A stretch of 64,000 bases of DNA from Eledone cirrhosa (lineage: Eukaryota). Every line of letters starts with the position of its first letter. Positions within the stretch are counted from its first letter, which is position 1. Below, piece by piece: positions 15,490 to 28,809 of this stretch. The stretch spans positions 252,278,001 through 252,342,000 of the forward strand of contig OZ024741.1 of assembly GCA_964016885.1 (NCBI GenBank). Direction: 5' to 3'. Below the pieces are notes generated by a model. It did not search any database and was not told the origin of the DNA. It saw only the letters and a list, made by a program, of their open reading frames with translations. A program made the translations under genes and the position numbers.

Positions 15490-16675
15490 ACATGATGCTG
15501 TTAATGCTGCTGCTGATGGTGATGATGTTGTTGCTGCTGCTGAATGTGATGAGGGTGTTCTAGTTACTGCTGATGGTGATGATGATGTTGCTGCTGAATG
15601 TGATGAGGGTGTTCTAGTTACTGCTGCTGCTGCTAATGATGTTGTTAATGCTGCTGCTGCTGCTGCTAATGATGTTGTTAATGCTGCTGTTGATGGTGAT
15701 GGTGATGTTGCTGCTGAATGTGATGATGGTGTTCTAGTTACTGCTGCTGCTGCTAATGATGCTATTAATGCTGCTGCTGATGATGATGTTGCTGCTGAAT
15801 GTGTTGAGGGTGTTCTAGTTACTGCTGCTGCTGCTAATGATGCTATTAATGCTGCTGCTGATGGTGATGTTGCTGCTGAATGGGTTGAGGGTGTTCTAGT
15901 TACTGCTGCTGTTAATGCTGCTGCTGATGGTGATGTTGCTGCTGCTGAATATGATGAGGGTGTTCTAGTTACTACTGCTGCTGCTTTTGTTGCTGCTGCT
16001 TCTGCTGCTAATGATGCTGCTGCTACTGATGGTGATGATAAGGTTCTTGCTGCTGCTGTTGTTGCTACTAATGGTGTTACTGCTGAACTTGATGGTGGTG
16101 TTGTTGCTGCTGCTACTGCTGCTGCTAATGATGTTGTTACTGCTGCTGATTATGATGATGGTGATGTTGTTGCTGCTGCTGCTGCTGCTGTTATTGCTGC
16201 TGATAATGATGATGGCGATGGTGCTGTTGTTGCTGCTGTTAATGGTGATGATGATGATGTTGATGTTGATGATGGTGGTGGTGGTGTTGCTGCTGCTGAT
16301 GTTACTGTTTATTGAGTTGCTGCTGCTGCTGCTGCTGCTGCTATTAATGATGCTGTTAATGCTGCAGCTGATGGCGATGATGATGATGAGGATGATGATG
16401 CCATTGATAGTGATGGTGTTGATACTGCTACTGTTGCTGCTGATGATGATATCATTACTGCTACTGTTGTTACTACTGCTGCTGTTGTTGCTGCTTCTGT
16501 TGTCACTGCTGCCCTTGCTGCTGATATTGTTACTGATTCTGTTGTTGTTGTTGTTGCTGCTGTTAGTGTTACTGATGTTGTGCTTGCTACTGCTGTTGTT
16601 GCTGCTGTTAGTGTTACTGATGTTGTGCTTGCTACTGCTGTTGCTGCTGCTGCTGCTTGTGTTTGATGTTGCTTT
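15490..16675. repeat. (GCT/GAT/GTT)n trinucleotide low-complexity tract with higher-order repeats
   Basis: Recurrent block GATGTTGCTGCTGAATGTGATGAGGGTGTTCTAGTTACTGCTGCT; long ORFs in several frames on both strands. Confidence 0.9.
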
Positions 16676-17763
16676 TGTGATTGGTTCTAGGCCCCAGTTC
16701 AATCCTGTTTGAGCAGACCTATGTTCAAAGGATATCCACCTTTCATAATCACACCTCTTTAGGGTCTTTGGGTCTACATTATCTAATTTGTTCTTTCATT
16801 TGTTATTATTTATTGATTTATTTAATCAGTTTAAACGTCCGAATAAAACTAGTAAGCCATGATAGACTTGGAGTGGTATTTTTGACCTGTAACTCCTGAT
16901 GGAGTTGTGCTGTAGTGGCATATGGCATTTCTTGGGTGCTTTTTAAACCTGGCAAAGCCCATCTCTTCTCCAGGTCTGAACATAGCTGGTTTCTTATGGA
17001 GAAAGAGAGAGGAAGAGTAAAGTGAGAAAGTGGAAGTGAGAAAGAGATATAGAGGAAGAATCAACCCCAGTACTACTAGACTGGTACTTTTTTATCGACC
17101 TCGAGCGGATGAAAAACAAAGTTGACCTTGGCACGATTTGAACTCAGTTCCCATATGAGTAAGACAAGTTCACCTGACCTGGCATTGCTCACAACAGGAC
17201 ATCCCGTCTAACCCATGCTAGTGTGGAAGAATGGACGTAAAACGGTGATGATGATGATGAGTTCAGAAAGCGGGAATGAACATCACAAACCCTTCTATCT
17301 GATGTTATAATGTTGTCAAAACCATTTAGCATTATATATATATATATATTGCCATTCTGAGTTCAAATCCCGCCGAGGTTAACTTTGCCTTTCATCCTTC
17401 CGGGGTCGATAAAATAAAGTACCAGTAACACACTGGGTAATTGCTGGCCTTGTGCCAAAAGTAGAAACAATTATATATATATAGTTGCTCGCACATTGTT
17501 TAGTTTGGTTTTTTTTTCGCTGTTTTGTTACTGTTTTCTCTTTTCTTCCCCTTTGCTTTCCTTCCCTCCTTCCTCTGTTTTCCCAATAACTTATCCAGTT
17601 ATTGACGCCCTGGGGCGAGGTATATTGTCTTTAAAGCATAGAAATATCCGAGACCCACAGTAGACAACTGATAGGAACCCCCCCCCCCCCCCCGTTCTTG
17701 CTTTCTTCGTATTCCCATGGCATTTTAAGTTACCTTAAATAGCAACTACACAGCCATTTCTAT

Positions 17764-17807
<44 letters not shown>

Positions 17808-18566
17808 GTGGCCAAGCTAGAGAAAGAGATAGATAGATTGGTATATTATTATTATTATTAAATGAAAGACATAAGGAGACATCATCATTTAGCATCTGTT
17901 TTCCCTAGTAGCAAGACTTATATATAGCAATTAGTAAAATCACAATGAAACACCCATTCCATTTTGGCTGGCCTGCAAGCTTAATGGTTTTAAACTAACT
18001 CTGACTTTATACTAGTGCATACAGTATCTTCATTTGTTCAGTTTGGTTACTGGTAGATGAGTATGCAGTTTGCTTTGTTGTGTGATTCCAGGTCAGGTTA
18101 TATGAGGCTATGGGTTGGTGATAGTTACTGATTATATACGAGTGTAATGCCAATTACATAATAGAGTAGCAGTTGCTGCAGAGTAATATAGAAACTGCGT
18201 AGTATGACAGCAACAGCCTAATGACATCTGTCACCACCATGTGTAATTGGAGCAGGCTTGGTTGTTGTTGTTTGCTTTTTGGAAGGGCTGGGGCATGATT
18301 TTGAAGGACATTCTTGAATTTAATTTATGACTTGTGCAGTATATGTATGGTGGGTGGGGTTGATTTTAGGATTGTGGTTTGCATTTGATTGAGTCTGTGG
18401 GTAGCATGGCTTTGGTTTAGATTTGTTTACATTCTAGTTAAAGCAAATGACATCATCATCATCGCTTTTATGTCTGTTTTTCTACACTTGCATAGGTTGA
18501 CAGTTTCTAGTTATTTATATTTAATGCATCTAAGCTCATTAATATTAGTATTATTATCTTATTAAC

Positions 18567-18754
18567 AGGCAGTGGATTGGCAGTATCGATAGAGGGTCGA
18601 ACACCATGCTTTGATGCATAGAGTTACGGCCCTTTATGTTCTGAGTTCAAATCCCGCCGAGGTTAACTTTGCCTTTCATCCTTACGGGGGTCGATAAAAT
18701 AAAGTACCAGTAATGTACTGGGTAATTGCTGGCCTTGTGCCAAAACTAGAAACA
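18567..18754 (+). mobile_element. SINE family A, full length
   Basis: Same consensus; 17-bp TSD attattatcttattaac at 18550-18566 and 18755-18771. Confidence 0.92.
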
Positions 18755-18766
18755 ATTATTATCTTA

Positions 18767-18992
18767 TTAACTCTCTAGCATTTAAACTGACCATATCCGG
18801 CCCAAATTCTCTCACCTCATTCTGTTCAAACTGGCTGTAACCGGCCACTCATACTGATGTTAAGGTATTGTTCTCAAAATAAATATCAAAATCTCATTGA
18901 TTTAATATTATGTGAGATAATTAGGTGTGATAAAGCCTTCACCATGAAAATATAATAGTATATTTAGAGTATTGTAAATGCTAAAGTGTTAA
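18767..18992. mobile_element. piggyBac-type MITE, copy 1
   Basis: TTAA-CTCTCTAGCATTTA...TAAATGCTAAAGTG-TTAA; homologous along its length to 41617-41843. Confidence 0.75.
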
Positions 18993-19988
18993 AGCATTCA
19001 TGCAATTATGTGCATATTTATATACATATGCCTCTATACATAGCTAAATGTTTTATGATCACTGCCCAGACTGGAGGAGGGAGGCAAGGTCAAACAGTGG
19101 ACATCCAAGCTGATTTTCCAACTGAAATACCTGTATAGTAATGGTCCCATACCAAGCATTTAGTAATTTGTTTTGGGGATTCCAAAACTACATTGTATCC
19201 ACCCTCACTTCCACCCCACTTCCTACTCCTTACATGTTTAGCTTACATGTAGCCTCATCTTTTGTTAAACTTTAATTCTGGATACTATGTACAATAAATA
19301 TGACATTTGTACATCCCCACATAAAAACTAACCAATCCTGATGAACTGCCCATGTATTTCCTCTATCCCCACCCCACTTTGAACATCCAACAACTCCTGC
19401 CAGTAGGGAAAGATAGTCCCCCTACTTGTCTATCTCCTCCCACCATTGAAAGGAAGCGCTCATCTTCATAACCCTCACCTATGTCAACATACAAAGATGG
19501 ATGTACCCAACCAGACAAGCCTCACCTTGAACCACAATAAAATGCTTGGTTAGGCAAAACAAAGTCACCTGATATGACTAGCCTCATAACATGGCAACCC
19601 ATCTCACCTATGCAAGCAGAGAAAATAAATGTTAAACAGTGATGACGATGATGGTGATATGTATAAATTAAGTTGCCCTTAGCTGTGTTGCTTGATATAA
19701 TTTAATGTCTCATAGCCTACAAGCTGTTCCTTGCTATTTATCCAACCAAATAACATTTTTACAATCATAGTCAGTGGATTGGCAGTATCGGTAGAGCTTC
19801 AGACACCATGCTTTGCAGCATACAGTTATGGCCATTTACGTTCTGAGTTCAAATCCTGCTGAGGTTAATTTTGCCTTTCAACCTTATGAGGTCGATAAAA
19901 TAAAGTAGAAGTAATGCACTGGGTAATTGCTGGCCTTGTGCCAAAAGTAGAAACAATTATTACTATTATTACTTCTAGATTCTCTATA

Positions 19989-20500
19989 CTGTATATACTC
20001 ATATATAAGCCAAGAAATATGTGACAAAAAAAAAAAAAAAAAAAAAAAATCAATGGTAAAATGGGAGTTGGCTTATATTCAAGGTCAATATTTTGTTGAT
20101 TTTCACTAACTTCAAATTCTACATGAATAAGATGCTAAAATATTTTCACTTTGGAGAGGTAAATATTATACCTGCTTCACTTTGGAGGTGAAATTGTTTT
20201 CCCTCCTGTTTTCAATGAAAATGGCCTTCAAACTGGTCAGAAATTGATAAAATATCATTACATAATGGAATTGTGAAACAAATATAATCTAAATGACACC
20301 TAAAAGATTAAGCATCAAAATATTAAAACTTCATAAATATATATTTTCCACTCATGAGAATTTCTAAGCATGCCAACTAAATATAATGTATTGATTAACT
20401 GCCTTGGCTTATACATGAGGTTTGGATTTTTGCTCATTTCTCAGACATAAAACAGTAAGTTGGTTTATCTTTAGGTCAGCTTATATTCAAGTATACACGG
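19989..20500. mobile_element. Tc2/pogo-type non-autonomous DNA transposon
   Basis: Decayed TIRs TA-CTGTATATACTCATATATAAGCC / GCTTATATTCAAGTATACACGG, with subterminal GGCTTATA repeats. Confidence 0.65.
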
Positions 20501-20649
20501 GAATTGCTGAACTCTAAAATTAAGTTAATATCTCAGTAAAGAAATTAAATAACAATTTACTAGTTTTCAATATTCATCTTACTAATATATAGCCAGATGT
20601 CATTCTCTTCAGTGCCAACCCCTCCCCTAGCAAATACCCATTCCTTCAC

Positions 20650-21150
20650 TGTCGCTCTGATGTGCAGAGCCCCAGGTGTATCTACTTCATCGTCCCAACA
20701 GACAGAATAGAGGAAGCCTTACTCTAGATGATAGTTAGGGAGGCACTGAAACAGCCATTCTAGTTTGTGGCATTGTGAGGCTCATTCTTTCTGTTCTGAT
20801 AGAAGCAAGAAGTCTCCATCACTAAAGGTTCAATGATAAACCTATATACACTCTATCAAGTAACCTTATTCCAAAGACCCTTCAGAGGAACTCCATTTCA
20901 ACTGCTTGTATTCATGATCATATTCTTTTGGTTATGCCCATAGGTAAGGGTTGGCAGGAATACTGAATTGAAGACACTGAGTTTGGCTTTTACACCTACC
21001 TCCATTCTTCTGATGACCAAATGCTGAAATTGCATATTACTGCACCAGCTCTGACAATTCCTGCACTTAATTCAGTATTCCTGTATTCCAATACTTTTGA
21101 ACACAGCCTCAAAATAGTTGAACGTGTCCACATGGTCTTGCTTTGGGGAT
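20650..21150 (-). mobile_element. Old RTE-like LINE fragment
   Basis: Relic HVDTFNYFEAVF resembles the RT thumb motif EQVDSFKYLG; heavily decayed. Confidence 0.45.
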
Positions 21151-21772
21151 CCAGCTAGATCAATTGGAGATGGTTGCTTCAGACAGCACCTGCTGGAATG
21201 AAACGTATGAACTCTGCCCCCACAACCCTCCAAAGAATAAGTGGGCAAAGAAGCAGAGATTAAACTCACACTGTTGTGTCCTACATGATAAATGCACTCA
21301 GTATACTTTGTAAAGTGATTGTTGATTGGAACGGCAACCAGCCATAGAAAACCTGGTGAAAATAGGGTTACAAGGACTCTTCAGTTGTATCATTGACATG
21401 ACAATCTTCCTATTGCTGGTACCACTATAAAATGCACTTGGTAGAGTGAGGGAACATATGCAAATGAAATGAAATGCAGGCAACCCGGTTTGTCTGAGCA
21501 CTCACCAAAATGCAAAAAACAGATGTAATGAAAATGCAGGCCCCTCCACATGACTACTAACTCAGTCAGTGATGACGTGTCCAATTCTTGATAGCAGGGA
21601 AAATGGATGTTAAACAATGAGGATGATCGTGGTGATGGGAGAATGATATATATAATAAAGTTGACACGAACAGGAACGTTTTTAAACATGTTTTATTAAC
21701 AGACAATTTTAATTATGCATGTGTTCATGAGTGTGTGTATATATACATATATATACATATATATATATATAC

Positions 21773-21803
<31 letters not shown>

Positions 21804-22122
21804 CACATATATATATACACATATATATATATACACATATATATATATACACATATACATATATATATATGCACATATATATATATACATATATATATAT
21901 ATGCACATATATATATATACATATATATATATATGCACATATATATATATACATATATATATGCACATATATGCATATATATACATTCATATATACATAT
22001 ATACAGATATATACATACATATATACATATATACAGATATATACATACATATATACATATATATACATACATATACATACATATATACATATATTTATAT
22101 ACATACATATATATAAACATAC

Positions 22123-22159
<37 letters not shown>

Positions 22160-22739
22160 CAGACACATATATATACATACACATATACATATAAATATAC
22201 ATACATATATACATATATATATACATACATATATACATATATATATACATACATACATACATATATATATACATACATACATACACATATACACATACAT
22301 ATATATATGTACATATATACATACATATAATTACATATATACATGTATATATACATAGATATATATATATACACACACACATACACACATGCATATATAC
22401 ATATATACGGTTTGACACTCATGCCTATTTTGTTTCACATTTAGTCTCTTCTGTATCTGTAGCATATATGACTGGGTTTTAAAATTGTTTCCATACTAGA
22501 AGCCTGGAGTTATCTGCCCTTTATTTTACTTCCACAAGTAGTTTTCCCATGTGGAAAGCCGACAGTTTTTCAGATAAATAAATTATTATTATATTCTTAA
22601 ATAATAAAAAATATACAAAAGAAGGGAGACAATCTCTACCACATTCTTGATGTTATAACTGCAAAGACAAATATACATATAAATATTTTAAACATTTTAT
22701 AAATTCATTTACAATGAAAAAAAGTGTTATAGTAATAAT

Positions 22740-22774
<35 letters not shown>

Positions 22775-23063
22775 ACCAAAGATTAGTATGGTTCGTTGAT
22801 TACTCAATGAATACAATTTTACAATAGATTAGAAGCACTCAACAAGAGTGTTTTCCTGGAGTTTTTAATATTATTCAAAATATTAACAAATGAAAAATAT
22901 TCTCATAATCAAAATATATACTTTATTATATATATTTCAAAGGTACTGTGTTGTTTTTTCAGTACGTCCTCATCAGACAAAATATATGATTTGATATATG
23001 ACATACCGCTACAATACTTGAATTGAATAATCAAGACCATAGCGTTATGTCATATATCAAATC

Positions 23064-23135
23064 ATATATTTTGTCTGATGAGGACATACTGAAAAAACAA
23101 CACAGTACCTTTGAAATATATATAATAAAATATAT
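23064..23135 (+). ncRNA. Type I hammerhead ribozyme motif (mirror copy on - strand about 22917-22988)
   Basis: ATATATTTTGT-CTGATGA-GGAC(A/G)TACTG..CAGTACCTTT-GAAA-TATATA-TA-ATAAAATATAT; 11-bp stem I. Confidence 0.75.
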
Positions 23136-23619
23136 ATTTTGATTATGAGAATATTTTTCATTTGTTAATATTTTAAATAATATATATATATATATCATCA
23201 TCATCATCATCATTTTACGTCCGCTTTTCCCTGCTTGCAAGGGTTGGACGGGAACTGATTCTGGCAGGATTTCTACAGCTGGATGCCCTTCCTAACACCA
23301 GCCTCATTTACAGTGAGTGCTGGGTGCTTTTTTCTGTGGCACCTACATGACCACTTTACAGTGTGGGCTGGGTGCTTTTTTGCCGTGGCACCTCCACGAC
23401 CACTTTGCAGTGGAATGATAGGGACCCCAGTCCCTATCATCTCATTTCTGCAGCTGAGTAAACTGGAGCAATGTGAAATAAAGTGTCTTGCTCAAGGAAA
23501 CAACACATCACCCGGTCTGAGAATTGAACTCACAACCTTTCAATTACAAGGCCAATGCTCTAACCACTAAGCCATGTGTCTCTCTCTCTCTCTCTTTCTC
23601 TTTCTCTCTCTCTCTCTCT

Positions 23620-23666
<47 letters not shown>

Positions 23667-23757
23667 GAGAGAGAGAGATGTGTGACAACACACACAAAAA
23701 CAAGATGGCGTAGGACAGAACAAAGGAGAGGCACAAAAACAAAGAAAAGAATCCCCA

Positions 23758-23800
23758 GTCACTGAAGAGGTCAGAGAATGTGTGACGAAAGAACTTTGAC
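23758..23800 (+). ncRNA. Hammerhead motif (second, core-mutated copy 27532-27574, - strand)
   Basis: GTCA-CTGAAGA-G-GTCA(G/C)A GAATG TGTGAC-GAAA-GAACTT-TGAC; stems I and II pair. Confidence 0.6.
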
Positions 23801-24008
23801 AATATATAAACAATCATCTAGTTGTGGAACCAACCAACCAACCAGAAATTTATAAATTCCTAAATTTATAAATTTATTGTAATAAATTGAAGTGAAAGCA
23901 ACTGGTGCGTGTGTTTCTTATTGGCAACATGACCCTCCCAAAGTATAACAATATCGGTTTCAACACACGTTTTCAGATAAAGAATCTTGCTAAACAAATT
24001 CAGAAACG

Positions 24009-24042
<34 letters not shown>

Positions 24043-24124
24043 CAATAATAATAAATTTGAAGACTAAAATCCAAAGAGGGCTCGATAAGGATAAATATAT
24101 ATGAAATATATAAGAACCGTAGAG

Positions 24125-24158
<34 letters not shown>

Positions 24159-24415
24159 TTTGAAGGTTCAACACTGGATAGAGCTGGTCATTCAGTATGG
24201 TCAATCTTGATGTAATAATATGGAGAGTACTCAACGTAAAGCAGCTCAACCGTCTTTGTTTGTGTAGTTGGTGGTGCGAGTACGGAGTTAATATTTCGAA
24301 TTCCTGATGATATCACCAGATTCATACAGAACCCGGTCATTGAAATGATCATAGTATAATAAACCTTTCAAGGATTTACACAGGTCCAGCCTCCTGTTAT
24401 TTTATTTTATTTTAT

Positions 24416-24475
<60 letters not shown>

Positions 24476-25327
24476 CAAAAAAAGCCCACATGGCTAAGTC
24501 TTTAGAATATGAATTCAAAATAGGGGATGCACAGGATAAATTCAATAAAAAAAACACCAGCAAAACAGACAGTCTCATCTCCTCAGTCAACCTCTGGAAA
24601 TCACTAAAGTTTTGGTCCATTAAGGTTGATACCATTCATTGTGTGTCAACTCACAAAGATGTGAAAGAACAGTGCGCAAAGGGCTTAACCAAAGGAGAAT
24701 AGATTATAGAAAGAAGAAAAATAAAAAAACAGAATATATATACAGAGAGAGAGAGAAAGAGAGAGAGATAGAGATAGAGAAAGAGATAGAGATAGAGAGA
24801 GAGAGAGAGAGAGAGAGCAATAATAGTGATATGAAAGATGCAAATGTAAGTGCCTCTGTCAGCTCTCTTCCATTTCTGAATGTAATTTACTCAACTATTA
24901 CCTTTAGTGATCAACTGTTATTACATTTATTTTCTGTATTATCCAACATTTACAGTTTGTTTCATTCAACATAAGGGATGCTCGAATTCTCAAATTTTAA
25001 ACACTCCCAGAGTTTCAATAATTCATAAGGTTGGTTTATATATATGTGTATGTGTGTGTATGTGTAGATATCTTCTGTCATTAAGGAATGCACACATCTG
25101 ATGAGTCACCGATTCCAATACTGATCATTCCTGGAGCTGATCAAATAAACATAATTATGCTATATTGATACCTCAATCCTGGCAGTATCGGTAGAGGGTC
25201 GGACGCCTGTATTGGTAGAGTTACGGCCCTTATGGTCTGAGTTCAAATCCTGCCACGGTTAACTTTGCTTTCATCCTTACGGGATTGATAAAATAATAAT
25301 TGTGCCAAAGGTAGAAACAATTATTAT

Positions 25328-27060
25328 TGTTCTTTGAGTCTCAGTCATTGATGTTATTTAACGGGAAAGTTTGTTGAAATGAATATCAAGCCACTACCTG
25401 CAGCCTCAGATATTCAGGACGTATCGGAGGGTTCTTGCTGTTCCCAGCAAGCATGCCTTTTGAAGTGCTCCAAAAAGCAGGGCTGGACTAATCTTCTTTA
25501 ACCATCCTTGGAAACTCTTTGAGATAGTACCTAGTGTGCCTATGACAATCAAGACCACTTTGACTTCATGGCAGTTCCAAATCCTTTTTAACTTCGATTT
25601 TAAATCCTGGTATCGGTTAATTTTCTCCCTCTCCTTTTCTTGCACTCTTGTGTCAAATGGGCAGGCTACATCTAGAATCAGGCACAATCTTTTTTCCTTG
25701 TCCAAAACTATCAGGTCAGGCCTATTGTGTTCCAGTTTCTTGTCCGTCTGTATCCTAAAATCCCATAGCACCTTCACTTGATCGTTTTCTATCACCAACT
25801 CTAGCTAATGCTCATACCACTTCTCAGAATGTGGTAAATTGTTTACTTTGCATAGGTGCCAGTGGATCACCCTGCCCATCACATCATGTCTTCAGCCATT
25901 ATAGTGAGTCTGGGCTAGGTGTTTACATTCGGATACACAGTGGGCTAGCCTCCTCCTTGTAAATATGATGTTTCACCCACTTCGTTCTGAGGGCCTGCTC
26001 TTGCACAGCCATTAGCATTCCTTCTGTAGCCTTTTTAAGGTCTCCTCTTTTCAACCAGTTCCATGTCTGTGGATCTCTAAATTCAGTTTTCTTAAAGAAG
26101 GTACTATGAAGAGATTTTTCATGAAGGTTGCTCTTCCTCCTTGTTGTTATTTCCTCCTTGGACATCCCCTGGTCTATTGTCCTCTCCTTCAGTACAATTC
26201 TGAGCATTGGCTCCCTACTGTCAGTCACGTATTTGTGCAGGTTGTTTTTCTCCATCTGAACACAGTCCTCTATGCTGATAAAACCTCTTTCACCTTCAGA
26301 TCTCTTTAAGTAGAGTCTATCGACATCACTCCTCTTGTGGAACATGTTGTAGATAGTCAATAGCTTCCTAGTCTTCCTATCCATTTCTTTTTGTTCAGCA
26401 ACATTCCATCTCAGAATTCCCGCACTGTACCTAATAATAGACAGCTCGGGAATTCTCTGCACTTATGACATTCCTACTATTTAGGTGTGATTTTAATACG
26501 CTCCTTACTCTACTAATGTACTCAGATGTTATCAATTCCTTCATTTTTTTGTTCTTGATGTCATCTGCCTCCAGAACACCTAAATATTTGTATCCTTCTT
26601 CAGTGTCAATTTCCTTTATCATCTCACCTGTTGGTACCTGGATTGCGTTGCTTCTGCCCAAATTACCCCTCTTCATCACTAGGACTCCACACTTATTAAT
26701 ACCAAATTGCATACATATATCTCATTGCTGAAAATACGGACAGTGTCAACATGTACATCCAACTCCTTCTCACTCTTCCCAAAGAGTTTAAGCTCGTCTA
26801 TGAAGAAGAGGTGATTGATGGTAAGCTCTCCCTTTCCCAACTTGTATCCTGCTCTCACTTTTCGCAGTATAATGGTCAGGACAAACAACAAGGGGGACAA
26901 ACTATCTCCCTGGAAGATACCTCTCTTGATCATCACGCCTCCCAAGGATTGATTCTCCACTCGATGTTAACTCTGTTTCCCAGGACTTCATACTTTTGCT
27001 CAACAACTGTTTGATGTTATCTGCCACCTTGAAGATCTCTAGGCTTTTGGTTATCCAAGA
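25328..27060 (-). mobile_element. R4/Dong-clade non-LTR retrotransposon (RT + restriction-like endonuclease), 5'-truncated and degraded
   Basis: Consecutive ORF pieces: KRGIFQGDSLSPLLFVL, INHLFFIDELKLF, FGINKC, YKYLG, DVDRLYLKRSEG, QEQALRT, KVLWDFRIQTD..HNRPDLIV..ILDVACPFD, LQKACLLGTARTLR. Flanked by (ATT)n on both sides. Confidence 0.93.
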
Positions 27061-27681
27061 ATTATTATTATTATTATTATTATTATTTTTATTATAAATA
27101 TGTAACACTTTTTCAAGGGACAACACTTGATATAGTGGAATACTTTATGTGTCTCTGTAGCTCTGTATCCAGAGATGAATCTCTCGATTCTGAGATCAAC
27201 TTGAGGATTGAAAAGGCTTCAAACACATCCCCGACACTTATTATCACCTCATTGCAATGTTTGTTTGTGCCATGAATGGCATATCCATGATAGGTTAAAA
27301 TCCACAAATGATTCCACTAGAAGTGTTTAAGTCATATATTAATTATCAGTTGGAAATCTTATACATCTGACACAAAAGTGCTAAAAAAAAGGAGCACAAT
27401 GTCTCAGTATTGTAGCTGACCATATCAATTATCATAAAGTTCCCCACCCTAGATCTGCCTCACCAATCCTCATGTACCTCCCCCAAGTTTTGGGTTGGTT
27501 GGTTCGATAACGGGAAGGTTGTTTATATATTGTCAAAGCTCTTTTGTCACATATTCTGTGACCTCCTCAGTGACTAGGCTTTTATTTTGCGTGTCTCTCC
27601 TTTGTTCTGTCCTACACCAATAAGAAACTTATAATAAATTGAAGTGAAACCAAGTGGTAGAATTGTAGGATTCTACCACTT

Positions 27682-27726
<45 letters not shown>

Positions 27727-27959
27727 AACAAAGAGAGAGAGAAGAGGTTAAAGTTTACAAACATAGAAATAAGAGTATAGTAAACGTACTCATAACATCT
27801 TTTTCAATTTCTAAAATAAGAAAGGATTATTATTATACACATATTTATTCAGACCTATGTTCTCATCTTGGTTGTTATAATCACAACATTTTGGCTGTTA
27901 TACCCATCAGCTTTTTTCATGTGCTGTCCATATTTGAAAGAAACTCTTTTATAAACCAC

Positions 27960-28670
27960 AGGAGCGAATTATAGGAGAATAGGAGATAGATGTAAAATGA
28001 CAGGAAGTAGTTATTAGAGAATAGGAAATAGAGGTGAAATGACAGGAAGTTGTTACTAGGGAACGAGAAGTAAATTTGTAATAAGAGGAAGCCATTATGA
28101 AAAAAGGAAGTAGTTATGAAAGAACAGGAAATAGATGTGAAATGACAGAAGGTAACTATGAAAATAGAAAGTATATGTAAAATATCAGGAAGTTTATGGG
28201 AAATGACAGGAAGTAGGTGCATAATAACTAGAGATATACTAAAACTAATTTAGGACAACTGATATTGGTGTAGAAATAAAGAAATTGTGGAATAGTGTGA
28301 GAGGATAAATGTGGAATAATAGAACGTGGATGTAGGATAAGAAAAAAATAAGTGTAGAATAATATTTAATAAGCATGGGAGACTGGAAAGCCAGTGTAGG
28401 ATAATAAAAAAATGTGAAATGATGGAAAATAATTGTAGGATAAGAGTAGATGAATGTTGGGTATTTGAAATAATTGTAGGATAACTGTAAATAAAGTGGT
28501 GTATAGGAAACAATTGTGGGATACGAGTAAATAAATGTAGGGCATTGGTAAATGATTGTGGGATAATTGTAAATAAATGTGGGGTATTGGGAAATGATTG
28601 TGGGATAACTGTAAATAAAAGTGGGGTATTGGGAAATGATTGTAGTATAACAATGAATAAATGTCAGATA
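27960..28670. repeat. Two degenerate ~42-bp purine-rich tandem arrays next to the protocadherin pseudogene
   Basis: Units GAAATGACAGGAAGTAGTTATTAGAGAATAGGAAATAGAGGT and ATGATTGTGGGATAACTGTAAATAAATGTGGGGTATTGGGAA. Confidence 0.8.
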
Positions 28671-28809
28671 ATTGATGGCTAGTATAGAATAATGAACAGG
28701 CATCAGAGAACAGTAAAAGGAGTGGGAAAACATTAACCCAGTGTGGCCTACTTGACAGAAGATGTAAGACGAGTTATTAAAAGCAACAATGAATGAAATG
28801 AAAATATTT

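Noticed and set aside
25097-25160. CTGATGAG as a hammerhead core
   Set aside because: No downstream GAAA with compatible stems was found.
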